DNA of 63,784 bases, counting the filler, from Choristocarpus tenellus KU-1152 (taxonomy: Eukaryota > Protista > Phaeophyceae): the NCBI GenBank assembly GCA_964200185.2. It is 12 parts of 12 records of this genome, joined end to end, with 100 filler letters (N's around TTAATTAATTAA, not from the genome) between each part and the next. Parts side by side here need not be neighbours in the genome. Positions count along the whole stretch, not along the records: positions 50,139 to 56,821 come from CAXNAD020007568.1; positions 56,922 to 63,784 come from CAXNAD020007193.1; 10 more parts are not named here. One strand, given 5' to 3'. The translations under genes and the position numbers were made by a program. Below the pieces are notes generated by a model that did no database searches, was not told where the DNA came from, and was given only the letters and a program-made list of their open reading frames with translations. Positions within the stretch are counted from its first letter, which is position 1, and each line of letters begins with the position of its first letter. Below, piece after piece: positions 53,225 through 63,784 of this stretch.

Positions 53225-53398
53225 GGCTCAAAGTATCTGGGGGGGGGTGGTGGCTGTCCATTCAGGGCCCATTTTTCTATGTCACGATTTTTGGGTGATT
53301 TGGTTGCATGTGTCAGATAATGTCAGTAAACTTCTCCTAATCAGGACCTGAAAGGGCAACCCGGTGTAGAACCCCCCCCCCCGCAGATACATTGAGTC
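53225..53398 (-). mobile_element. Family A copy, TSD TTT
   Basis: ttt|ggctcaaagtatctgg...cagatacattgagtc|ttt. Confidence 0.85.
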
Positions 53399-53953
53399 TT
53401 TTTGACTGTTGACTTGAGAATTAATATCTTAACCCCAAACCTATCTCCTGAAGTAATTTGGGATTTTCAGCAAAAATAAGTTGATGAATAGTCCAGCCAT
53501 ACCTGCATAGTTGATGCTGCCCTGCTAAGTATCATCATACCATGCCTTGACTGGAATCAAGAGTTAACGATATTTTCAGTACAAGGTGTTCTTGGGTGTC
53601 CAAAGATAACGTTTGGGGATAGTTTTCATACTGAAAGGCCCTGTCGAAAATCTTATTCCTACTGTATGACCGGGAACATGGGTGAAACGACTGGTGACGA
53701 AGTTTCTCATCTCACTTCTTCTCGCCAAGTACTTCACTCTACTTTCCAATCTCTCTATTAGCTGAGTGTTTCCTGCTCCACCTTTGAGCATCAACACACT
53801 GCCTTGTACTAAAACTGAACATAGTTTCTTACACCTGGCATCCTGCATGCTTCAAGAAAACGGACCTGACGAAAGCCTTTTGATTATTTGTTTTGATCAG
53901 TGACTTACCAGAGCTCTACATGCACCCATGTCATGTGTCTGATTGTCCCACAG

Positions 53954-54272
53954 ACGTTCACTTGGAGAAGAAGCTGGCAATGAAGAGGAAGGAGACAAAG
54001 AGGATGCACTCGGGGTGAGCATGATACACCTCGATTTAAAGCTTGACGAAAGTGTAGCTGCTGCTGCCACAAGGCTTTTATCTAGAGATGCAGCGGTAGC
54101 AATGGCTCACCATATTGCAAGTGGGGGATCCCTAAAAAAACCAAACACTTGGTGGAGGTCAGTTATACAAATCGGCCGAGGTAAAGGTCTAGCAGTACTA
54201 TTTTTTTCAACTACTGTTGCACTGCTTCTTGTAGGAGTACTGGCAGAAGCACTGGGTACAAGAATATGGTAA
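53954..54272 (+). CDS. Terminal exon of an unknown, possibly tail-anchored membrane protein
   Basis: cccacag| acceptor; RSLGEEAGNEEEGDKED...GKGLAVLFFSTTVALLLVGVLAEALGTRIW* has a C-terminal hydrophobic segment. Confidence 0.55.
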
Positions 54273-56632
54273 CCATGGTTGGTGTGCAGATCCACCTTCG
54301 GCAAAAAGGAGAGTAACACAACGATGGGACCAGAAGGGATCTGCAAGACAAAGGAAGCAACAAAATGGATGGTGTGGAGAGGATACATGAGAGATTGTAA
54401 AACGACCAAAGATAGCATGGGAGACATTGGTGGTTCATTGAGCGTTTATAACTTGCAGCATATTGTTTGTTATCTGTTCATGTTAGTATCAAATAGTGAG
54501 GAATGAGTTTGTGGACCTATAATCAGAAATAGGCAGGTGCGACCTTTACAAATAGATCATGAGTAGTAGGTAAGGCAGTAGTTTGATACACACAAATTTA
54601 AAACTATTTTTTCCAGGCAGGAGACACTAAAATAAAAATTGCAGCAGTAAGATGTAGGCAACCCTTACTTGAGTCAATGCACTATTGTATTAGTCTAAGT
54701 AAACATCCTGTTTTAGATTTCGTGTTGGGGTTCTTTGACGTTCGGTTAGGGTTTGACTAGGGTTGGTTTGGTGACTGGCCAGGTGACTTGTAGGTTATGC
54801 ATCGACCCCTTCCTTGTACAACAGCACAATTGCCACCACTTCGTTCCCAACACTGACTGAGTGTCAGTTTTCCTCAGTACTGGTTGCCACCTGGAAAAGT
54901 TATAGTCTTGGTTTCGACAGGCCCATATATTAATCAAGTCCATCGGCTATATATATCCTACACCTCCCCTAAGAATTTTGATCCTGCACTGTACTCCAGT
55001 GCTTTCTTAACTGCTATCTGCGGGTTTTCTGGTGCACATGGACAATGTTCATTTGCCCAAGAATTTAACACTTGGGGAACTTGTAGTTAAGAAACTGAAC
55101 GGAAATATTTCAGGACAGGAGGAAGACTGGGGGTGGTGCCTTGAAGATGACCTGGAGTGTTTCGATAACCCAGAAAAAATTGGGGTTTAGGTGCAATGCA
55201 GAAGAACCAAAGTGATGGTACAAGAGGTGTGTGGAGGATGAATCCGAATGCTTCACTATGAACAGACTTTTGGGTATTCTAGGTAAACCGAAGCAGGTAC
55301 AACTTGCCAGGAGAAGTAGGTACAGTTGTTGGACACATGTGACAGTACCTACGGAGCTAGTTCGGTCAAATAATGCCTCTTTGTTCTGGTGGTATATGTG
55401 TTGCTGCTAGGTGTTCAGGAGTTACTCTGTTTTCTGATGTGTAACTAGAGTGGATATAGGCCCCTCCTTGGACTAGTTGGTCCTTGGTGCTTCGTATTTG
55501 TGTCGATCTATTTGTAATGCTTAGTTTCCTTTCTACAGTTTTCTATACGAGTGGTGCATTCTAATATCCCTCATAGCTCAGTGAGTGATGGACAGTGTTC
55601 CCTGCCTCATTTTCCCGAGTTTGAAACCCCTCAAATCCATATTTCCTTTCAGAGAAACCTGATTTCAATTATTCAAAAGTCCACTCGCCATGTACTGCAG
55701 ATTGCACGCATGTGCTATCTATCTGCCCTCCCTACACCACAACAAAAAACGTGTAAACCCCAAAACAAGATGGCAGGGCTTCATTATTGAACTACACAGA
55801 GACAGTTCCAGCATCAGACTCGGGGGAGGGGAAAGAGCTACAAGGAAAGGAATGGCTGAACCCAACACACAAGAAGTACGGCATAAATGGAAACAGCTCT
55901 TATTTGTGGTACAAGAGTTAGTTGCATTAGGTAGTAGGAGAAGGAATGTGGGGTAGAGTTTCTGGCCATAGGTCCGGATAATGTGCAGCAGCCCAAGTCA
56001 TAAATAATAGTCATAAATTACGATATGAAATGAAATATAATCAATGTCTTTGCATTATTAGTCTGAGGGGTCCTAAATCTGTGGCGAAAAGGTGAAAGGA
56101 AAAGCACTATCACAATACTTGAGAAAACCCAAACCTGCAAAATACTAACTGAAATATGGTATGAAATTTGTAGAAAGAAGATAAAGAGCAGAAAAACTCA
56201 GTGTGGATAAGAAGGGTAGCCAAGAGGAGCTCAGGCATATCGCACTAGCGACCAATGGCGCATCATTTGGATTGAAGAGTTGTCATCTCAAGGCCGAAGT
56301 GCTCTATTTTCTGCTGTTGAGTGGTATGGCTGTACAATGTGGATATTCAGGACAGGCTACTACACCCAGCTTCGTATCCATCCATGCAAGTTTCTCCAGT
56401 GCCTCAGGTTTGGTAAATGGAAATATACGGATCACCCATTCTTGGTGGTGGCTGCTTTTTGAGGGGCATATTGGGCGCATGGATGATGATTGGTTGCTTG
56501 ATGTGTTTTGGGAATATACAGCTGTTCTTAAAAAAATGAAGAGGAAGATGGGGGAACAGGAGAAAATCTGGTAGTGATGCCTCAAGATGACCTTGATTGT
56601 TTTGGTATTTCCACAGAAAGGTGTGTTTTACT

Positions 56633-56812
56633 GGGTAAAAGTATCTGGAGGGGAGTGGCGGCTGTCCATTTGGGGTCCATTTTTTCATATCGCAATCTTT
56701 GTGTGATTTGGTTTCATACGTCGGATGGATAAGTAAATGCACTTTTCCTGATTTTGGTCCAAATGGACATCCTGGTGTAGACTCTCCCCCCCCCCCCCAC
56801 ACAATTTGAAAC
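56633..56812 (-). mobile_element. Family A copy at contig end
   Basis: gggtaaaagtatctggaggggagtggcggctgtccatttgggg...aatggacatcctggtgtagactc. Confidence 0.85.
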
Positions 56813-56983
56813 AACTTTCAANNNNNNNNNNNNNNNNNNNNNNNNNNNNNNNNNNNNNNNNNNNNTTAATTAATTAANNNNNNNNNNNNNNNNNNNNNNN
56901 NNNNNNNNNNNNNNNNNNNNNTTTTTTTTTTTTTTTGCCACGCGCCACCACCCCCCCCCTCCCCCCCCCCCCCCCCCGCGGGT

Positions 56984-57036
<53 letters not shown>

Positions 57037-59417
57037 CTGCTAGTCCTGATCACGAGGAATTTCAGATAGACGGCACCCATAGAGTTGAATTCTTCTGAGG
57101 GATGTCACTTTTTTGGGGGGGCCGGGGCTGCTCTGTCGTCTCTCCAGGCCCCGCTATTGTAATGGCGGGGAATTCGTTGACTAGGGTAGTACCAGCAGGT
57201 ACCTTGCAGGGTTAGGGTTTGGCCTACTGTTCGTGTACCATATATATATATATATGTATATATTTGTGTTTCAGTGCCTGGAATCCTTTCGAAGAAGTGA
57301 GATCAGACTTCGGCCTGGTCAAACTCTTGAATAGGAGGAGGCCACTTCCTGCAGGCAGTCTTAGAAGCGATGTTTACAAGTGTCCCGATGTATGCATAAA
57401 CTGCCGCCTTTCTCAGACTGAATACATATATATATGGAGGCGTCAACTTCCGCCTTTCGAATCGACACCCGGGAGGAATGGAGGTCTCAATATAATATGG
57501 AGGCGTTAATATATATGACTTGTTGATAAAAAGTCGGATATTGGAACGTCATTGTAACGGCCTAAGAAATCAGCAATGCAATCCACAGTTGCATTGCTGA
57601 TACTGCATAAATTTTTTTCAATTTGACCAACGCTAGATATATATATATATATATACTCGACAGCTGGACAGCTGTCGCCTACTACTTGTTGATGTCAAAC
57701 TGAAAATCGGAATTAGAAATCGTCCAAGCATAGCCTGAGACAAGCGACATCACGTGCATGGATTTGGCACTTTCAAGTGACACTTCTAGATCGCCTTCAA
57801 GAAGCCATCCAAGCAAGTAAGAAAAAAAATCTCTGCTCATAAACATTTCGGACTCAAACGCCACAAAACATACGAATTTACTCAACTTGAAACGAAGTCT
57901 TGGTTACACACACCCGTCTGCGCATACGACAGCGGTTCCCCATGATCCTAAGCCAGATCATATTGTTGTGCCCGATTGATAAGGTAATCATTTTATTCTC
58001 CGCACATATAATAATAAATATATTCTCACCAAAAGTGCTGTTTCCACATCACCTGAGTGAGTGAGGCATTGGCAAGACGACCAGAGCCTTTCTCGGAATT
58101 TTCTTAGGCTGTCTGATGAGAATTAGAGTAACGTGTGAAATTTCATGTAGGGTTAGGGTTCATGTATTACCGCTTTTTTCGCCGGACGAGTTGGGAATTG
58201 ATGCGAAACCGCATGGGAGAAAGCATTTTCAGAAAACATTTTCAAGGAATTTTCAAGGAATTGGGTCAAGGTTAGGTCAATTGAGAAAGCTTTCATTAAA
58301 CCCCTCCTATACAGAGCCAACATTTGCTGTGTCAAACGGAGGGGATGGTAGTTCTGGGACAAAACAATACTAACAGGGGTTACCAAGTGCCACCCTCAAG
58401 CTACTCTGCTCACAAACAACATGAGTCTACCTTGACTGGAAGGGCGATGTGTGTGGGGAGATGTGCCCCCACCACTTTGCCTCAAATCTGATTAATTTCA
58501 GTTAGGGCACTGCAAATCATGTGCAATACTGGTAAATTCTATTTAAAAAAATATGTTTTAACAACGCGTGGGGGTTACGTTTGCCTCACAGGCTAGAAAG
58601 GATTACCACAATTTGCTCCTTAATGAAGTGCAAAAATGAGAGATAATCTAAGACCTTGGCATCATAGCAGATGAATAAATTTAGTAGGGAGTAGCAATGC
58701 AAAAAATGTAGGGTTGTAATGGATGCAATTCAACTCTCCGCACCCTTCAATTTACTCCGTCAATTTTCTCATGTTAGGTAGATTCAGCTTCGCCATTCAT
58801 GCGTATATAGAGGGGCGTGAAGAACACCAATCTTCACAACCCATCCCCCTTCAAAAAAACTTCTGCAGGTGAAGAAGCTAGACATAACCCTCACATCCAG
58901 AGCACCGTCTGATAGGAGCTTATGAGCACACGAGTGGAATCACAGGCATCTCAATTCTGTTTAATAAAGTTATGTTGACAAGTTTTAGACATTTGCCTGG
59001 AACGTCTGTCTGACTCAAGACAAACCACTCTTATCCTACACCACAGAAGTGTGCTTGCTAAGGTACACAAGGTGGAACGGTGCAACGTTATCACGGGGAA
59101 GCAACATGTCCCGTGGTAGATACGAAATGAATCGAAATGGAGGCGATTTTTGAATATGGAGTTTGGCTCGCCATGCACCCTGGGAAGCGAACCCGCTGAG
59201 ATTTGAGTTGGGATATGAAATAGTGCGGAAAGAATTAAGGACTGTGGCAAAACTTAGCCTTGAAGTGACCAGCAGGTGAAACGAGAAAGACAATATGAGA
59301 TCCAAGTAATGGATGCTCCGCAGCTTGTGTTTGGGGGATTGACATATCGATATAATAAGCGGTAGTCCTATGCAGTGATGGTGTGACACACTACAAACGC
59401 CAAAAAATAGGGCTCAC

Positions 59418-59795
59418 CTTGGTAGTCATATGCCCCGCAGCTCTGATTGAGAGCCTTGTAGTCAATTTGTGAGTCGTCTGACCTAAAGCTCCCAAGGCTA
59501 GCCTCAAACGGGGGTGTCTGGAGGCATCTGAAGTGTGGAGGGTTGCTAGGAATGTTGAGGGACGATAGAGGGCATCGATGCTGCACACAATTCACCACTT
59601 AAAATGGGTCGAGCACAGAACTAGCGAAAAAAATACTAGACAAATAGAAGATAGGAGTTGGTGGGGGGATAATCGGTGATACGCCCACTAAACGGAACGC
59701 AAGAGCAGGACACCTGATTTGAGTCGTTTTGCCATCGGTTTGGAAGCGGTTTTTATGGCCAGCGAGATCAGCTTGAATGTTGGAATCGCAACCAT
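59418..59795 (-). CDS. OPA3: OPA3-like mitochondrial protein, first two exons
   Basis: Exon 59795-59714 (MVAIPTFKLISLAIKTASKPMAKRLKS) and exon 59527-59418 (DASRHPRLRLALGALGQTTHKLTTRLSIRAAGHMTTK|gtgagc); P-x-x-KL-x-x-L-x-I-[KR]-x-x-SKP-x-A-x-R-x-K is the OPA3 N-terminal signature. Confidence 0.85.
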
Positions 59796-61324
59796 GTTGC
59801 TGCAAACATAAACCTACCACACACCAGCACACCCCGACACACCCTGACTTCCCTTCCCCTCACTGAGCTGTGCATAGCCTGCCAGCAGGTGAGTAAGTGC
59901 CTTGGTTGAGCATAGTGAGGGATCAAGAGGAGATATCAAAAAGCCTCCGAAAGACATAAACAACTCCCCCATCTTGACAAACTAAGGCACGTGTAAACCT
60001 GAATATCCTCAACGAGTAAGGAACCCGTGTGAGGGCACCGAAATGTGCAATTGGGGTAATCAATATCTCCTAGATTAAAATTGAGTGGACCGACCCACTT
60101 TCTGGACATTCTATCCTACTAGACCTAAAGAATGTGTCTGCAAACTACTTCACTCCTCGCTACCATTCTTTGTGTTGTGGGAGTTGGGGCCCGGACAGGC
60201 ACCATCCCTGGGGCAAGAACTCCTCTCACAGAGTATGAAACGCCCCGATATGGAAGGTAAGGTTGTAGTGAGACCTGTAGTGCGTGAACCAGCTTAATCT
60301 TGCTCAGCTCCTTCCCACATGACAAGGACGACCATCAATGGTTGTTGAGGCAAAGAAAACATGTCCCTGAACTATTTCAGGCCAATGCCAATGCACTCCT
60401 TGAATTGAGAATATAAAAACAGTGAGAAATAGTGGGGTACTGCACTGCTGTATTGGCAGTTCGCAACTCTTTTCTGTCTGGGTTGTGAATGGGGTCCATG
60501 CCATGTTTGTGTTCCTACTGTGCTCTACACAATTCACCTTCATCTACGGGTTCGTGCTAACAAACGTGGTACATGTGGGATTGTTCACCTAATTGGAGCG
60601 TTCGCCGCACTTAACGTTTTGTCGCAAACGTCCTTGTCACCTGCCACCAGTCACTGGGCGACAGGTTGGTCGCCACATAGCAGTGTTGATGCTGACTCTG
60701 TCACCATGGCTAGTTCCATTGACTCAACCAGGTGCACAGAATGCAGCGACAGTATCTCTTGGCCACTGATATCATCTTCCGAGCATCTGTCACAAAATGT
60801 ACAACACGACTGGGTCTGCAACAGAGACATGGCAATCTGGGACCAACGACAACACCCTAGGCAAGGGTACTCGCATCCTGGTTCCACTCGAAATGCACCC
60901 CCTCCTTGCTAAACATCACGACTTCCCCTTGGTCGTTGCTATTATGCGGTCCTTCAAGGAGCTCCCTGACAGGATGACATTCATGCCGTACTATCCTCTC
61001 CATAGAACCAGAGCAGATTCTATCCTTACCTTCCTCCCCCTGAATGTTTCAGCTGTAGCGCCATCCGCACTCACCCGGAATAGCAAACATGGTCGAGAGT
61101 TTTGTGGATGGAGGGATCCTGTCCCTTCTTGTCCCCCCTTGTATTCGCTTGACTGATTCAACTCCTTGTCTTAAACGCTCCCAAGCAACAACCCTGCATA
61201 CATCCAAGTCCATCCCTGTCGGAAAGCTTGCCAAAACCAAGACCCTCACGCATCTAATCGCCACGTCTGGAAAAGCCTTGAACAAATGCCTCTCTAATAA
61301 AATGCATTTTTGCGAAAACGACAG

Positions 61325-61765
61325 GAGTAGTCTGTGGATAATGCCAACCAGGTCAAGGCCCAGCTCGGAGGGAAAGGAGAGAAAGGCTTATCCCTATATC
61401 CCTTCTCTCAGGGGGTGCAACCAGGTCAACTTGGATCTCAGGTCACAAAAGGCTGGTGAGTGCGCTTCCTGGCATTCTTTTTTTATCTTAGAATGTTGAA
61501 TTGTGACTGTTACATGATGCAGTTTTTTTTTTTTTTTTTTTTTTTTTTCTCTTCGCTCTGTTCTGAAAGCCGGGGGATCATGGCAAGATGAACATAGTAA
61601 AAAATAAGAAACAGTTTTGTCTGTTTTGTCAGTTCAAGCCGCTGCCCTTCATCAGTCTTGCGCCTGTATGTTACTGCCACTATTTTTACAATTTTCTACT
61701 AGATAAATATATATATATATATATATATTATTATTTCTACTACTATTTTTGCAATCACCACTACA

Positions 61766-61801
<36 letters not shown>

Positions 61802-62431
61802 CAATAGATGTTTTCTGTTCTCACCGTGGACCTCGGCGTGACCCAGCAACTTCGGGTTGTAGGGTTAGGGTTAGGGTTAGGGTTAGGGTGAGTGATATCG
61901 TGAGGGTATGACCTTGGAGTCCAGGTTTTCACTTTCCCTAACCCTGCGATTTTCCAAGTACAGGTTTGACATTGTGTGCACTTGTAATGCATTTTCTGAC
62001 TATGAGGGAGAAAGGATCAAGTAGATGGCGTGATTGCCCTTCATGTGCCCCTACTGCAGCAGATATTTCAATATATATATATATATATATTTTACCCTAG
62101 TGCTGCGCTGAGGGGCGTGTATTACGTCTTTTGGATAGGGTTAGGGTAAGGATCAAGAATTAGGGCAAACCCTAGGTATGGTCTCTGTAACCTATGCCTC
62201 GAAAGAGGTGTTGGTATTGTTTGTTATCGTATTAATTTTTTTTATTGTTTTTTTACTCACCACCGAACTTCATAAAATTAGGGTTAGGGTTGGATCTGTG
62301 GCTTGTAGTTGCTACCCTACCCCCAAGCTGCACTGTGGTCAGTTAACAGTAAGGTTTGTTGGTGAGGTGTCTTCATGGTTGCACCAGTGGCTTTTAATGT
62401 ACCCAACATTTGGTGGTGTCTATAGCCTAAG

Positions 62432-62463
<32 letters not shown>

Positions 62464-63469
62464 TTGAAATAAACAAGAATCAATAGCACTTGGTATGCTT
62501 TTCATCCCACTTGTTAAATATATATTTCTATTTTTTCTCTCCTATCTCATTCATACTTGATACAGATCTCTTCCTCAATTTTATTTTACGGAATAATTTT
62601 TCCTTTTTTTTTTTCTTTTTTTTCTCAGTGTGCGTGTGAAATGCTTTTTTTCAGTATATTTTAAAAATGTATATTTTTTCAGTCTCAGGGTAGGTAGATA
62701 CTAAAAAAGATACAAAAGGTGTGTGTAAGTAGTATCACTGTTTTTTATTATATTAAAAAAAAAAAATTTCAGTCTCAGGGTAGGTACTAAAAAAGATACA
62801 AAATGTGTGTGTATGTAAATATCACTGTTTTTTATTATATTTAAAAAAATAAATATTTTTTTCAGTCTCAGGGTAGGTACTAAAAAGATACAAAAGGTGT
62901 AAGTAATATCACTGTTTTTATTATATTTAAAAATAAATAAATATATTTTTCAGTCTCAGTGTACGTACTAAAAAGATACAAAAGGTGTGTGTAAGTAATA
63001 TCACTGTTTATTATATTTAAAAATAAATAAATGTATTTTTCAGTCTCAGTGTATGTACTAAAAAGATACAAAAGGTGTGTGTAAGTAAATATCACTGTTT
63101 TTTATTATATTAAAAAAAATATATATATATATATATTTTTCAATTTCAGTGTACGTACTAAAAAAAATACAAAAGGTGTGTGTAAGTAATATCACTGTTT
63201 TTTATTATATTAAAAAAAAATATATATATATATATATTTCAGTTTCAGTGTACGTACTAAAAAAAATACAAAAGGCGTGTGTAATACCACTGTTTTTTAT
63301 TATATTTAATATATATATATACATATATATTACTGTTTTTTTTCAGTCAGGCGTTGCGGCGGGTGGAGCTATGCCCGGACCATGGTCTCCGGGCACAATA
63401 CGGACGTGGCTACAGGGGACAGTGGCGCCACAGAGCACAGCGCAGAAGGAGAGGCAGGCTACAGTAGTG
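61325..63469 (+). CDS. Probable exons of an unidentified gene (61325 or 61331-61455; 63351-63469)
   Basis: GC-richer islands with strong donors (CTG|gtgagt, GTG|gtgagg) and AG acceptors; two phase-compatible frames, so the product is uncertain. Confidence 0.4.
61859..61890 (+). repeat. Interstitial telomere-like (TTAGGG)n
   Basis: gtagggttagggttagggttagggttagggtg; shorter or degenerate tracts at ~15143, 16117 (-), 22808-22846, 62137, 62278 and 63500-63560. Confidence 0.85.
62672..63346 (+). repeat. AT-rich minisatellite, ~90-100-bp unit, ~7 copies
   Basis: Unit ttttcagtctcag(g/t)gta(g/c)gtactaaaaagatacaaaaggtgtgtgtaagtaatatcactgtttttattatatttaaaaa; unit anchors at ~62680, 62770, 62863, 62951, 63041, 63141 and 63240. 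Confidence 0.92.
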
Positions 63470-63784
63470 GTGAGGCTTTTTTGTTCTCTAAGAAGTTGCT
63501 TAGGGTTAGGGTTAACATCATTATACTCCGGTGTTGTAACTTAGGGTTAGGGTTAGGGTTAACATCATTATACTCCGCTTTGTGGACTTGGAGAGGCAAT
63601 ATCAGGGAGGCTTTTGTAACGGATTTTCTTGTTAGGGTCAGGTCAGTCAGGGTTATTTATATATCTCTCGACCTGAAGGGTGATGTTGTTGTGATGTCTC
63701 CGTGGTTGTGATCCTATCGTAACCACCGCCTTCCAGTTTAACGTGCGATGTGATTGAACGAGCATCCCCGCCACCGCCCCCCCC

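Noticed and set aside
57036-57098. Possible terminal exon AASPDHEEFQIDGTHRVEFF*
   Set aside because: Short, follows a low-quality poly-G tract, has no visible acceptor and would lie antisense within the presumed OPA3 intron.
62672-63346. CRISPR-like interpretation of the ~90-bp array
   Set aside because: Whole units repeat without unique spacers; eukaryotic context with no cas genes.

Overview
Eukaryotic, intron-rich draft genome sequence from a photosynthetic stramenopile, probably a brown alga or close relative (LHC antenna gene with an ASAF plastid-targeting motif, interstitial TTAGGG repeats, spliceosomal introns). The window is 12 short contigs joined by artificial 100-nt N44-TTAATTAATTAA-N44 linkers, so gene order across linkers is unreliable and most six-frame ORFs are not genes. 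Manual splicing gives a complete 5-exon LHCR-type fucoxanthin-chlorophyll protein gene and partial genes for RTCB, a CCP1/AGTPBP1-like cytosolic carboxypeptidase, OPA3, an EF-hand protein and several unknown proteins. The two most unusual genes are a spliced bactofilin (bacterial-type cytoskeletal protein) and a calmodulin-lysine N-methyltransferase fused in frame to a Yfh7/YggC-like P-loop kinase. Non-coding DNA holds four related MITE-like families (shared TIR scaffold, three of ~260 bp, two nested in each other), a decayed RTE-like LINE, other dispersed repeats and a ~90-bp minisatellite. All family assignments come from recognised motifs, not database searches.
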